This document shows, in pieces, positions 1-9,741 of a stretch of DNA of 64,000 nucleotides. Numbering within the stretch: the first letter of the stretch is position 1; each line of letters starts with the position of its first letter. The notes under the pieces are model-generated. The model searched no databases, was not told the DNA's origin, and saw only the letters and a program-made list of their open reading frames with translations. The position numbers and the translations under genes are program-made. This stretch comes from an uncultured Myxococcales bacterium (GTDB lineage Bacteria > Myxococcota > UBA4151), in NCBI GenBank assembly GCA_964013405.1, contig CAXGWI010000004.1, positions 1,673 through 65,672 on the forward strand. The letters run 5' to 3'.

Positions 1-711
1 CATCAGACCACCATCGGAGGCCATAATGCGAATCGTGAGGTCAGGCCGGGCGGCCCGTAAGCGACCGAGGTATCGAGCCATCAGGGGCTGGACCAGTGCG
101 TTCGCCACCGTCGCTTGAGCCCGCTCGTATTCCCGCGGAATGCTTGCGATTCGGTGGGAGCAGGAGATGAAGAGTTCGGGCATCTCCTGTTTCAGGGCCT
201 CGGCGATGGCCTCTTCGTGCCGAGCATCGGAACAACTGTGAAGGAGACAGATCGCCACCGCATCGGTTGCGATCAGAGCGGAGCGATGGGTCTCGATCCA
301 GAGGTCCAAGGCTTCCAGGGCTTCCAGTTCCTCACCCGAAGGACCCAGGCGTCCACCGATCCCGAGGACTTGATGTCTCGGCAGGAGCAGCGGTCGGGGG
401 CTGGGCTCCAAAGCGAAGAGTTCATCTCGGTTCTGTCGTCCAAGGAGCAAGAGGTCTTCAAAGCCTTTATTGACGACGAGCAGGGTCGTCGAGGTGGTCC
501 CTTCGAGAAGCGCGTTGGTTGCGACGGTGGTGCCATGGTCCAGCCGGGTGGCGGTTTCACCGGTGAGGGTTTCGAGTTCGGCCAGCCCCGAGAGGATCGC
601 TTGGGCCGGATCCTCGGGGGTGGACGGACGTTTGAGGAATCGGTCTTCACCTTGGCTGGTCCGAGCGACGAAGTCGGTGAAAGTGCCTCCTGTATCGACG
701 GCGACGCGCAT
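1..711 (-). CDS. Hydantoinase/5-oxoprolinase family protein (subunit A-like), N-terminal part; runs off the left edge
   Basis: Manual translation from ATG at 711: MRVAVDTGGTFTDFV...KRPSTPEDPAQAI...HGTTVATNALLEG, hallmark motifs of the family. Absent from the ORF track because there is no stop in the window. Confidence 0.9.
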   Translation of the reverse strand, partial: MRVAVDTGGTFTDFVARTSQGEDRFLKRPSTPEDPAQAILSGLAELETLTGETATRLDHGTTVATNALLEGTTSTTLLVVNKGFEDLLLLGRQNRDELFALEPSPRPLLLPRHQVLGIGGRLGPSGEELEALEALDLWIETHRSALIATDAVAICLLHSCSDARHEEAIAEALKQEMPELFISCSHRIASIPREYERAQATVANALVQPLMARYLGRLRAARPDLTIRIMASDGGLM

Positions 712-807
712 GCCTTCGGCTAGCCTTTTGACCGGTGCGGAACAAGGGGCCCCTCACCCCGTTGTCGGTCCCCCCCCTTAAGCTCGAAGGGCGAAGGAGG
801 AATGCCC

Positions 808-1122
808 ATGGAGGTGGCGAAGGAGAACCGATTGGAGCCGGAAGCTCAGGAGCGATTTCACGTGCGGTTCGCCGTGCGGAATGGTCAGCGGGAGACCGTC
901 GAGGAAGCAGGGCCTTATTGGCTCGATGAAGGCGAGGTGTTTCGCAGGATTCGTCAGATTCAGTTGAGCCTGCCGCCCTCATGGGTGGTCCTGGCAGAAG
1001 GTGTGGGGCCCCGCAGTCGCTGGCGCTGCTGGCGTCGGGCCCGCTCGCTCCCGGTGGGGCAGCCAGCAACACCGGCGGACAGGCCAGAGCTTAGGCCGAT
1101 CGCCCTTTCTATTCTTTGTTGA
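808..1122 (+). CDS. Hypothetical protein (~104 aa)
   Basis: Strong RBS AAGGAGG 7 nt before ATG 808; fills the gap between neighbouring genes; no recognisable motif. Confidence 0.5.
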   Translation: MEVAKENRLEPEAQERFHVRFAVRNGQRETVEEAGPYWLDEGEVFRRIRQIQLSLPPSWVVLAEGVGPRSRWRCWRRARSLPVGQPATPADRPELRPIALSILC

Positions 1123-4100
1123 TAGCCGATAGTTCGGCGAGTTGGGCCTGGATGCGGTTCACTTCCGCAAGACGGTTCAGTGGCTCCCACTGACCTAGGG
1201 CTGCGCGCAGCACGTCCTCGGCTCGCTGGTGTTGATTGGCTCGTTGAACCAAGGCAGCAGTGGCTTCTAGGAGTTCGGCGGTCTCGATGCTTACCAGTCC
1301 TCGGTCAAGACGAAGTCGGTACAACTCGTGTAGAGCACGGTCGAACTCAGTCCAGTCTTGATCTCGACTCGCCAGGCCTAATTTCAAGGCCTCTAGTTGG
1401 CCCATCAGATTCTCATCGCCTAGATGGAAGAGGCTGGCTTCGAGCACGTCGATGAGTTTGCGCAGGTCGTTGAGCCTGGCCTGGGCAAACAACAGAAAAC
1501 CTAACTGGATTTGGACTTGTATCACCTGCTCTGAACCCAGCCGTCCGAAGGCTTCTAAAGCCCGCCGGTACCAGGCTTCCGCTCGTTCGACATTTTGCGC
1601 CCGTCGAGCGACGTCGGCGAGACTCATGACAGACTGTCCGATTCGGCCTTGATGCCCCAACTGTTCTGCGTGGCGCAGACTCACGGCATAGGCCTGAGTC
1701 GCTTCGGCCAATTGCTTACTTCCCTCGGCCATCGCACCCCGCTCAAAATGGTATTCGTGGGCGATCGCTAACTGAGAAGGGGCCGGGCTCTCGATGACCT
1801 TGCTGAGGCGATCGAGTTCGAGGCTCGCGTCGCGCAGGTTGCCGCTGACTCGATGGTGGCGAGCAAGGGCAAGCCGGCAGCGCAGCGCCCCATCTCCGTT
1901 GCCGTGTCGCTCGAAGCTTTCGATGGCTTGCTTGAGCCGATCGGGAACCAGGTCTCGATCCCCCCGGTGCTCCAAAATTTGGGCACTGAGTTCGGCCCAA
2001 CGGGCCATGAGTTCATCCCCATCGGCCAGCTCCTCAAGGGCTTCGATTTGGCTCCAGGCCACCTTCATCTGCCGACGAAGCAGGGCGAGGCGGATCTCGC
2101 CAGCGAGTTGGATGCCGTCGTCCTCGGCCCTTGCCTCGTTCGTCTGCTTCAACAGGCTTCGTCGGCGGTTGAGCATGGCTTCAGCTTGATTCAAGTGACC
2201 GTTGGCCATGGACTCATCGGCTGCCCGCGCCAAGGGGGCCAAGGCCTCTCCCGACCGACCGGTACGCTCTAGATGCCGGACCAAGCGAACATCCCCACGC
2301 CCCCGGGCTGCAGCCTCCTGGAGGACCGCGAGGCTGTGTTCGGCGAGGCGTTCCCGCCGGCCCTGCTCCTCACAGGACTGGATGATGCTTTCGGTGACGA
2401 GGGCATGCTCGAACTGAAAGCCTTCTTCAGTGCCAACGCCGAGCCCCATCGCCAGCAGCGCGTTCATTAAGTCTTGGCTGGTGTCTAGGCCTGCCCGCCG
2501 GCATGCATCTTCCCATTCCTCCCGGTGGACTTGTCGCCCGAGCAGCGCGGCCAGTTCAAAGCATTGGCGAGCGTTGCCATCGGTTCCCGCATCCGCAAGC
2601 AGATTCAAGGCCCGGTCCACTCGAGCTTGCCAGAGTTCGTGTAGGTGTTTTGGTAGCTTGGTCTTGGCCTCGAGGGGCAGGGCGACAAGGTCACCCTCGG
2701 CCACGAGAAGGCGCTGTTCGGCACTTTCCCTAATCAGCTCAAGAGCAAAGGATAGGTCACCTTCACAACGCCATTTCAGCGCCTCCAGCGTGTCGGGCGT
2801 CAAGCGCAGGCCATCCACCAGCAGTTCGGAAAACTCCTCGGGCTTCAAGGACAAGACGGGCAGCGAGTTCACCAAGCCCGTGGTCACGAGGTCACCCAAG
2901 AGCTTGGCTTCCGCAGGACGCTCGGAGAGCCGGGAACTATCCTCGCGGCTCAGGATGCAGAGGGGGAAGCTGTCCATGCGATGAAGACCCATCAGGTGGC
3001 GAATCATAGCCAGGCTCTCCGCACCGAGGTGGGCATCCTCGACGACGATGAGTAGGGGACGGCGTTTGGCGAGACGTCGCAACAAGTTCTCGATGACCTG
3101 AAAGCGCTGGCGAGTGGATTCGAAGACGACCCGAGTGACGTCGTGATCCGGTGCAAGGAGCTGACAAAGGGCCTGCCATTCATAGGGATCTTCAGCCCCA
3201 AGAGACTGGAGTAAGTTCTTGCAGCGCTTGAGAATGTCCGAGGGCCCAAGGTTGTGACAGCGGAGGTATCGGTAAAGCGCACCCGCGATGCCGGTATGGG
3301 GACCACCGTCGTCCCCATGCTTGATCACGATCACTTGGGCTAAGCCGGCCTTGCGAGTTTGTTGGATCAGCCAGTCTGTGAGGACCGATTTGCCGACACC
3401 CCGGGGACCCGTCAGTCTTAGGTACCGTGGCCTCGCATTCTGGATCACCTGTTGGAGGCTCGACCACAGCTGATGTTGTTCTTTTTTTCGGCCGTAAATC
3501 GGGAGCTCCCGTAGGCCATGGAGTCGCAGCCCCATGGTCTGCCAGGATGGGTCTCGCGGGGGTAGGGCTTGGCTCGGTGCCTCCTCGGACATTCGCGGCG
3601 ATGGCATCGCAGAGAGTAAGACGCGGGGGCGTTGATCGAGTTGCTCTAAGGCCGCCAGAGCCTGATATGCGGACCAGGGGCGTTGGCTTGGTTCTGGATG
3701 GAGCAAACTGCGCAACCAGAAGCCGAAACTGCGGGGCAGGGCCATCGCTGCTTCCTGGCGGAATGCTTCGTCAGGGCTAGGCGCCTGGCCATAGACCATC
3801 CAATGGGCCAAGGCACCGACGCCGTAGAGGTCGGTATAGGGCCGAACTCGGCGCCATTGGCCTGCTTTGAGTTCTGGGGCAGCGAACGCTGCGTCCAAAC
3901 CGGGCGGTGGGCCTTGCAGGACCCGCAGGCGATGCTCGGGGCCGATGGCGAAGCCACCCAGTTTCAACTGGGGGTTAGGTCCTTGACCGAGGCGGACCTG
4001 ATCGGGGCGGATGGCACCATGAAGTAGGTTGTGCCCGTGAAGATGCATGAGTCCTTTGAGGACCGAGGCCAAGCTGTTTCGGCATTGGGCCCAGTTCTCA

Positions 4101-4444
4101 GGGGGATGATTGAGGAGGTTGCCCCCCGGCGCGTCCTCTTCCGCAAACCATGAGCAGCCGGCCTGAAGTTGCCCACCGAGGGCAGCCGAATCAGCCTCAG
4201 ACAGGAGGCCATAATCAAAGACGGCGAGTAGATTTGGATGATCTAGAAGGGCGAGGGGGCGCCATGTCGAAACGAGCTTAAAGTACCAATCGACCGGTTT
4301 TCGATCGGGACGGGGTTTGTAGACTCGCAGAATCGCTGGCGTTGCATGCTCGACGTGCTCCACCTGCCAGACCCAGGCCTCGGCACCGTCGACAAGGAGA
4401 TTATTGAGTCGGAAGGGGCCAAGGGGGGGCATACTGGCGAGCAT
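1109..4444 (-). CDS. Degenerate Ser/Thr kinase domain + STAND/AAA ATPase + TPR-like helical repeats
   Basis: 1111 aa. Kinase-fold motifs LDHPNLLAVFDYG, APE, TDLYGVG; Walker A GPRGVGKS; Walker B LLIVVEDAH; FQFEHALV; C-terminal amphipathic helical repeats. Confidence 0.85.
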   Translation of the reverse strand: MLASMPPLGPFRLNNLLVDGAEAWVWQVEHVEHATPAILRVYKPRPDRKPVDWYFKLVSTWRPLALLDHPNLLAVFDYGLLSEADSAALGGQLQAGCSWFAEEDAPGGNLLNHPPENWAQCRNSLASVLKGLMHLHGHNLLHGAIRPDQVRLGQGPNPQLKLGGFAIGPEHRLRVLQGPPPGLDAAFAAPELKAGQWRRVRPYTDLYGVGALAHWMVYGQAPSPDEAFRQEAAMALPRSFGFWLRSLLHPEPSQRPWSAYQALAALEQLDQRPRVLLSAMPSPRMSEEAPSQALPPRDPSWQTMGLRLHGLRELPIYGRKKEQHQLWSSLQQVIQNARPRYLRLTGPRGVGKSVLTDWLIQQTRKAGLAQVIVIKHGDDGGPHTGIAGALYRYLRCHNLGPSDILKRCKNLLQSLGAEDPYEWQALCQLLAPDHDVTRVVFESTRQRFQVIENLLRRLAKRRPLLIVVEDAHLGAESLAMIRHLMGLHRMDSFPLCILSREDSSRLSERPAEAKLLGDLVTTGLVNSLPVLSLKPEEFSELLVDGLRLTPDTLEALKWRCEGDLSFALELIRESAEQRLLVAEGDLVALPLEAKTKLPKHLHELWQARVDRALNLLADAGTDGNARQCFELAALLGRQVHREEWEDACRRAGLDTSQDLMNALLAMGLGVGTEEGFQFEHALVTESIIQSCEEQGRRERLAEHSLAVLQEAAARGRGDVRLVRHLERTGRSGEALAPLARAADESMANGHLNQAEAMLNRRRSLLKQTNEARAEDDGIQLAGEIRLALLRRQMKVAWSQIEALEELADGDELMARWAELSAQILEHRGDRDLVPDRLKQAIESFERHGNGDGALRCRLALARHHRVSGNLRDASLELDRLSKVIESPAPSQLAIAHEYHFERGAMAEGSKQLAEATQAYAVSLRHAEQLGHQGRIGQSVMSLADVARRAQNVERAEAWYRRALEAFGRLGSEQVIQVQIQLGFLLFAQARLNDLRKLIDVLEASLFHLGDENLMGQLEALKLGLASRDQDWTEFDRALHELYRLRLDRGLVSIETAELLEATAALVQRANQHQRAEDVLRAALGQWEPLNRLAEVNRIQAQLAELSAINKE

Positions 4445-4496
4445 CCAGTGGTTCAGCTCGCCGTCTAATGAACAAAGCCTGGGCCGTCTAGTTCGG

Positions 4497-5885
4497 TTAT
4501 TGGTCTGGCATGAGGCAGGGCAGGCCGTTGGTACGGAGGTGGTCCGTGTCCAGTCCGGCCCCTTGCAGCAGGCTGGCCACCACTGTTGAGGGTGTTAGGG
4601 TGACCCCGCCTTCTTCGACCACGGCACCGCTCAGCGGGTCGATGGGTAGGGGGATCATGCCGGTGTCTTTGGAGGCGCCAACGACTTGATTATGGGGCAC
4701 GCCCGCCCCGATGAGCATGCAGGCCGAGGTCAGGGAGTGGTCACGCCCGCCCCGGTTGTTGATGAGTGAGGTCCGGCCGAACTCGGAGAAGACGAGGACC
4801 GTGGTGGTATCGATCAGTTTCTTTCCAGGCGCGACCGGGTCGTCCTCCGTCTTGAGGTCGCTGACCAACTGAGCCAGCGCCCGCCAGCCATCAGCCTGCC
4901 GCTCGGGGTGGTCATCTTCCCAGTCGTCGGCGTGGCTATCGAGACCGCGAGCGATCTGGATGGTGACGCATTGGGAGGTGTTGTACTTCAAGGCCTGGAG
5001 GGCCATGGCAGCCTGGGCTTCTCCCGAGGTGAGATCCCAGGGCACATAGCCGTAGCGCTCCCGCAACTGCGCCATTTCAGGGTCACGGTTGTTGCCCAGG
5101 CGAAAGCGGTCGCCGAGGCCCCCATCCACCAACTCCCGGGCCTTCTTCTGAGAATCCTCAAGGAGGGTCATGAGCCCCCATCGATCGAGCCGGTCCGTAT
5201 CGCAGCGAACCCGTTGGCTGCGGTACAGCTCAAGGTGCCGGCGGACATTGTTCATGGGGGCGAATGGGCCGTCGTTGAGCACGGCCACCAAATCGTCCAC
5301 ATTGGCGATCTTCATGGGGCTGGCGTAGGCCGGATCCCCCTCGTTATAGCCTTCGGCCCGGGAGATCAGATTGGGGATCGGGGCCCGGTCCCCCTGCTGC
5401 GCAGCGACTTGGGTCGACACCGAACTGCCCTTGGCCCGGGTGCCTACTGGCATCATCCCAGTGAGGAAGTATCGACGTCCGACTTCGTGGGTGACCGTAT
5501 CCATGCTCAAACCCCGGACGACGCAACTGACATCGAAGTGGGGTGCGAAGTCGGCCATCGCCGGCCCGAAATCGATCTGAGAGCCTTCCGGGCGGATGAG
5601 GCGGTCAAGGGTGTAGACCCCTGGGTTGGCCGCTTCAATGGCTTGCCAGCCCAGTTCGATTCCATAGAGTCCGAGGGCTTCTTCACTGTCGTCGAAGCGC
5701 CCTGGGTCCCGGGGGTCGACACTTAGTAGCGTATCCCATCCCCCATCAAAGTATGCGAAGATGAAGTTCCGGTGCGGCAGGTCTTTGCCTTGGGCCAGGG
5801 CCCGGTGAAATGGGATGAGGGGGGCGACCAGCAGGCCGGAGCCAGCGAGGCCGAGTCGAGAAAGAAAACTGCGTCGATCGATCAT
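4497..5885 (-). CDS. DUF1501-family protein with twin-arginine signal
   Basis: DRRSFL Tat motif; YFDGGWD..DP; GLDSH; VFSEFGRT..N..GGRDH. Confidence 0.85.
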   Translation of the reverse strand: MIDRRSFLSRLGLAGSGLLVAPLIPFHRALAQGKDLPHRNFIFAYFDGGWDTLLSVDPRDPGRFDDSEEALGLYGIELGWQAIEAANPGVYTLDRLIRPEGSQIDFGPAMADFAPHFDVSCVVRGLSMDTVTHEVGRRYFLTGMMPVGTRAKGSSVSTQVAAQQGDRAPIPNLISRAEGYNEGDPAYASPMKIANVDDLVAVLNDGPFAPMNNVRRHLELYRSQRVRCDTDRLDRWGLMTLLEDSQKKARELVDGGLGDRFRLGNNRDPEMAQLRERYGYVPWDLTSGEAQAAMALQALKYNTSQCVTIQIARGLDSHADDWEDDHPERQADGWRALAQLVSDLKTEDDPVAPGKKLIDTTTVLVFSEFGRTSLINNRGGRDHSLTSACMLIGAGVPHNQVVGASKDTGMIPLPIDPLSGAVVEEGGVTLTPSTVVASLLQGAGLDTDHLRTNGLPCLMPDQ

Positions 5886-5895
5886 GATGCCATCC

Positions 5896-6522
5896 TCAGT
5901 ACGTCATGAACTCGGGGGCCGTGATCATGGCGATGCAGACCGCATTCCAACCATCAAGGGCTCCTGTTTCAGCCTGGACCGATCGATAGAGTTGTCGAAG
6001 TTCAAGCAGGCCCACCGTGCTGTCCTCTGGTACGTGGATTCCGTGAAACTTGAGTCGAAGGAAGCGCAGGTTACGCAGAACGTCATCGGGATAGGGAGCG
6101 AGGATGCGTTGGCTTGGATCCGCTTGTTGACCGTCTCGAGTGACGGCTTTGCCGCAGACTTGACCCGCCATGTCGTCCATGAACTTCGAGAACAAGGGGG
6201 AGGGGGCCGTTTCATCCTCGTAGCGTTCCTCGTAATCGGCTTCCCCAAGGGTCGCGACCATGGTCTTGAAGCGGTCATTGCCCTCGGCATCAGTCCACGT
6301 GATGCCATCAAAAAGCATGGGGATGCTTCGACGGAGTTGGTCGACGCGGAGGCGACGGGGCATCTTGCCAAAGACAACATCATCAGGATGCAAGAGCGCT
6401 GGCCCTTCCGCTTGGCGCTCGCCCCCTGGACTCCAATGGTGATCCATCATCTGGGTGGGCTGAAACGTGGGCGCCTCGTAGCAGCCCGCGACCAATAAGG
6501 CTGGCAGTAGAAAGCTTCTCAT
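5896..6522 (-). CDS. Lipoprotein, partner of DUF1501 clusters (PSD/DUF1553-like termini)
   Basis: Lipobox LVAG-C; PRRLRVDQLRRSI; C-terminal WNAVCIAMITAPEFMTY; ATGA overlap with upstream gene. Confidence 0.7.
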   Translation of the reverse strand: MRSFLLPALLVAGCYEAPTFQPTQMMDHHWSPGGERQAEGPALLHPDDVVFGKMPRRLRVDQLRRSIPMLFDGITWTDAEGNDRFKTMVATLGEADYEERYEDETAPSPLFSKFMDDMAGQVCGKAVTRDGQQADPSQRILAPYPDDVLRNLRFLRLKFHGIHVPEDSTVGLLELRQLYRSVQAETGALDGWNAVCIAMITAPEFMTY

Positions 6523-8123
6523 CGCCGCTCTCCGTGTCCGGCACCACCGCGATAGATCTCCGAACTCACAATCTCCCGAGCGAGCCCTCTTAAGTCATAG
6601 TTTGACTCGATGAAGGCCTGGGTCAGCTCTTGCAGCGCTTCGGCTTCACCAGCTCGCGGCGCCCTCGCCATGAACCGGGTCCAAAGCTTCGAGACGGTAC
6701 ACTGGGCAAAGCTTCCGTTGTCGATGGACTTTTGGGCCAGGGCCCGGGGGCCATCGGTAATATTGCTGGAATAGTCCCCGTCACCCGAGCCCGTCTCTTG
6801 CGCGCCCAGGGCATCGGCGAAGACATAGGCCATGAGATAACCCTTGTAGGGCTCTTCATCCTCGTGCCGCGGGTCGATGAAGTAGTAATTGCGGCAGATA
6901 CCGCTGCGAGACCCATTGCGGCAGTCGTCCCGCACCATGGGGTAGGTCGCTTCGTCCAGATTGATCGTCCCGGCTTCGGACCACCGGCCCCAGTAGGCTG
7001 CGTCTGGCTCGACGCCGACATGGCAGTATTTGCAGCCACAACGCTTCGTGAGGTTGGGTTCGAGATGGCAAGCGTCATCGGAGGCGGGCAGGCCGCCCTT
7101 CGGCGCTTGAAAGCTGTGGCACAAAAAGGCGTTATGGAAGCGGTTCGCCCGCCCACGGTTCGACTGGAACTTCAGCAGATAGCCAAAGAGCGTCATGACA
7201 CCGGAATGAAGTCCCGTTCGTTCAACGGACACCCAGCGGTCTTTGTCGGTGAAGTGCAGATCTTCGGGGATGGGGTAGCCAGGATCAGTCGAGGATCTCA
7301 AAAAGTTTCCACCATGACGGGACTGGTAACGGTGGAAGTGGGCGATGGGGCCATTGACTTCGATATCCGTACCCAAAAGCACATCGGTGTAGGGGCGGTT
7401 TTCGGCGACCACCCGATCCATGAATCGAAGCAGTTGTTCGGCGAATGCGTTGGTGATCGCACGGTGCGTTCCCGCCGTTCGATATTCACAGAATTGTAGG
7501 TTCGGGCCGCAGCCGCATTCCCGACTGTTGATACCTGAACTGCAATCGACTTGGCGATCCGGGTTGTCGAGATTCGCCCCCGTCAGGTTTTCCTGGGCAT
7601 CGAAGGCACAGACCTTGATGCGACTGCTGGGGTCCCAATAGGGCGTGACCCAGCGCCAACCTTCTCGGCAGACCCCATTCTCATCACAGGTGGTCATGAT
7701 CTGCCCATTTTCGTCGTATTGGACCGGTTCATCGAGACAACCGATGACTGCACCCCGCAGTCTCGAAGCCCGCCCGAAGGCCCGCACATAATAGGCTGCG
7801 TCGACATTGCGGCGGGGCTCATTGATGAGAAAGGTGTTCACGGTCAGTCGCTGACTGGTGACGTTGGTCCAGAGGAGCCCCTGATGATGGTCCCGCAACT
7901 GGGCGAGGAAGCCTTCGCTTTCGAGCATGCCTTGCAGCAGCTCACCGGGCACCTCACCACTGGAGATCACCTGCTCGTACTCCGCAGTGCTGGGGGGAAA
8001 GCCCCGTAAGTCCAGACTTAAGCGACGCAGGTATTGGAGGCTCTTGTTCACGTCCGTTTCGAGGCACTGAGCCGCCAAGGCAGGGGGCGTATACAGCAGA
8101 CCGATCAGGAGGAGAAATCTCAT
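6519..8123 (-). CDS. Secreted Cys-rich DUF1549/DUF1585-like protein with one CxxCH
   Basis: Signal peptide from ATG 8123 (ATGA overlap); YLRRLSLDLRG; NRGRANRF..FLC; CKYCH; C-terminal FAQCTVSKLW. Confidence 0.75.
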   Translation of the reverse strand: MRFLLLIGLLYTPPALAAQCLETDVNKSLQYLRRLSLDLRGFPPSTAEYEQVISSGEVPGELLQGMLESEGFLAQLRDHHQGLLWTNVTSQRLTVNTFLINEPRRNVDAAYYVRAFGRASRLRGAVIGCLDEPVQYDENGQIMTTCDENGVCREGWRWVTPYWDPSSRIKVCAFDAQENLTGANLDNPDRQVDCSSGINSRECGCGPNLQFCEYRTAGTHRAITNAFAEQLLRFMDRVVAENRPYTDVLLGTDIEVNGPIAHFHRYQSRHGGNFLRSSTDPGYPIPEDLHFTDKDRWVSVERTGLHSGVMTLFGYLLKFQSNRGRANRFHNAFLCHSFQAPKGGLPASDDACHLEPNLTKRCGCKYCHVGVEPDAAYWGRWSEAGTINLDEATYPMVRDDCRNGSRSGICRNYYFIDPRHEDEEPYKGYLMAYVFADALGAQETGSGDGDYSSNITDGPRALAQKSIDNGSFAQCTVSKLWTRFMARAPRAGEAEALQELTQAFIESNYDLRGLAREIVSSEIYRGGAGHGERR

Positions 8124-9304
8124 TCCAACATGCCTCTTTCTTTCCAAGCGAAGAGCAAGGCAGCACTTCCGCCCACCAAGGGTCTACCATCTTGTGGCAT
8201 CCGTTGCGAGACGACGGCATCGATGATCAAATCGATCTCATCGCGCCATTGGTCGATGCCGCTGAGGTCCCGGGCACCGCCTTCACCATTGTGGCAACGA
8301 TGGCAGTTGGCGTTGTTGAAGGCAGCAACCCGACCACTCCAGGTCACTTCGGCATCTACAGGGCCACCCACCCGGAGCACTTTTCCCGGCTCGGCGCAAA
8401 ACAGCCAAAGGGAACCATAAGCATCCACATCGGCTCGGAGGCTGGGGAGAAAGCTTTCCGGTGTCGTCATCACGGTCGCCTCTGTCCCAGTGAGGTAGAC
8501 GACCTGTTGGGCGGTGACGGCCCAGAGTCCATCGCCCACACCGTCTCGGGCCAAGGCCCAAAGTTCTGCCTCGGCGCCGGCATCTCCCGGGCCGAGTGCA
8601 ACTCGGTGCCAGGCCTTTTCATCACTAAAAGGATCGAGGCTTAGCCACCATCCGTCCCGGTGACGAGCATGCAGGCGTCCCCCTGGGCCTGGCTGGATTC
8701 GATCGCTCGCCCCGGGTAGCGGAATTTCAGCGCTGACCAACTCGGGCTGGCTTCGGTCGATAAGCAGGGGGGCGCCCGATGCCCGATGCACCAGGACTTG
8801 GTGGGGACCGGCCAGATCGACCGCTTCGCCCGGAAGGTCGGAGATTCGCTCCAGTTGTTCTTCCTGCCACCGATAAAGACCGGATTCACCGGTCAGCCAG
8901 AGGGCTTCAGGACCCTGGCGGAACCTTTGGATTCCCGCCCCGGCCAATGCAGCCTCCAATGGGGAGTCGGCCAGGTCATTGTCGTAGACCTTGAACCCTT
9001 GTGGCGTGGCCAAGAGGACACCGCCGTTCGGGAGACTGACCAGATCACTTATAGGGTCCGGACTATGACGTGTTTCATCGCCATCCAGTGCTACCAATCC
9101 ACCGGGGCCTGCGAGGAGTCGCCCGTGATCGGGCGTCCAAGTCGCCCGGGCATCATCGCAAGCCTCTTGGCCAAGGGAGAACCGTTCGATAGTAAAGGTC
9201 CCCGTTTGGACGGGGGCGCTTGTCCAGAGGGGGGGAGGCGGGAGTGGCGGGTCTGCGCAGGCTGTCCACAGAACCGCGAACCCGATGAGAAGGGCGTACC
9301 TCAT
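8120..9304 (-). CDS. Lipoprotein, beta-propeller-like body with C-terminal monoheme cytochrome c domain
   Basis: Lipobox WTA-C; CHRCH followed by RMP (candidate distal Met ligand). Confidence 0.7.
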   Translation of the reverse strand: MRYALLIGFAVLWTACADPPLPPPPLWTSAPVQTGTFTIERFSLGQEACDDARATWTPDHGRLLAGPGGLVALDGDETRHSPDPISDLVSLPNGGVLLATPQGFKVYDNDLADSPLEAALAGAGIQRFRQGPEALWLTGESGLYRWQEEQLERISDLPGEAVDLAGPHQVLVHRASGAPLLIDRSQPELVSAEIPLPGASDRIQPGPGGRLHARHRDGWWLSLDPFSDEKAWHRVALGPGDAGAEAELWALARDGVGDGLWAVTAQQVVYLTGTEATVMTTPESFLPSLRADVDAYGSLWLFCAEPGKVLRVGGPVDAEVTWSGRVAAFNNANCHRCHNGEGGARDLSGIDQWRDEIDLIIDAVVSQRMPQDGRPLVGGSAALLFAWKERGMLE

Positions 9305-9388
9305 GGTGAGCGGATCTATAGTTGGGAAGGCTCACAGATGTCACGCCGGCACCACCGAGCCCAGTACAGAGTGAAGAGGGGGCTGGGG

Positions 9389-9537
9389 AATCAATGACTT
9401 GGGTCTGCCGAGCCGCTCTTTTCTTCGTATGACCGACATTTTCCGCCGGGTTTGTTGATTCCGCGCAGGCAATTGGCCTCTAGAAATCATCAAAAGAATT
9501 TCTTGCCGGCCTAAAGATAAGTTTAATCAACATCTTA
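9389..9537. promoter_or_regulatory. Two IHF-consensus sites in an AT-rich intergenic region
   Basis: AATCAATGACTTG (9389-9401) and AATCAACATCTTA (9525-9537) both match WATCAANNNNTTR exactly. Confidence 0.45.
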
Positions 9538-9698
9538 AGCATGTTACAGGTGAATCCCCTCCAATTGTGGAAAACCTATGGATGGGGCCTGATATTCTAG
9601 GTCATATGAAGGCTCTATGTGGCGGTTTTTGGCCTTTTGCCTACTTTTTGTGCACTGCTATAAGCCCTTGAAAAAGCATGCTCTATCTATGCTCTCAT

Positions 9699-9711
9699 TG
9701 ACCATTGGTCA
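9699..9711. promoter_or_regulatory. Palindrome, candidate operator
   Basis: TGACCA-T-TGGTCA. Confidence 0.3.
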
Positions 9712-9741
9712 GGGGGCGGATGCTGGCCAGTCAGGCCAGCT

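Noticed and set aside
115-723. 202-aa plus-strand ORF
   Set aside because: Antisense shadow of the minus-strand oxoprolinase/hydantoinase gene, which has clear family motifs.
9305-9741. Replication origin or dif site
   Set aside because: Only one exact DnaA box, no dnaA/dnaN/gidA/parAB context, rplM-rpsI would face the fork head-on, and no XerC/XerD arm match was found.
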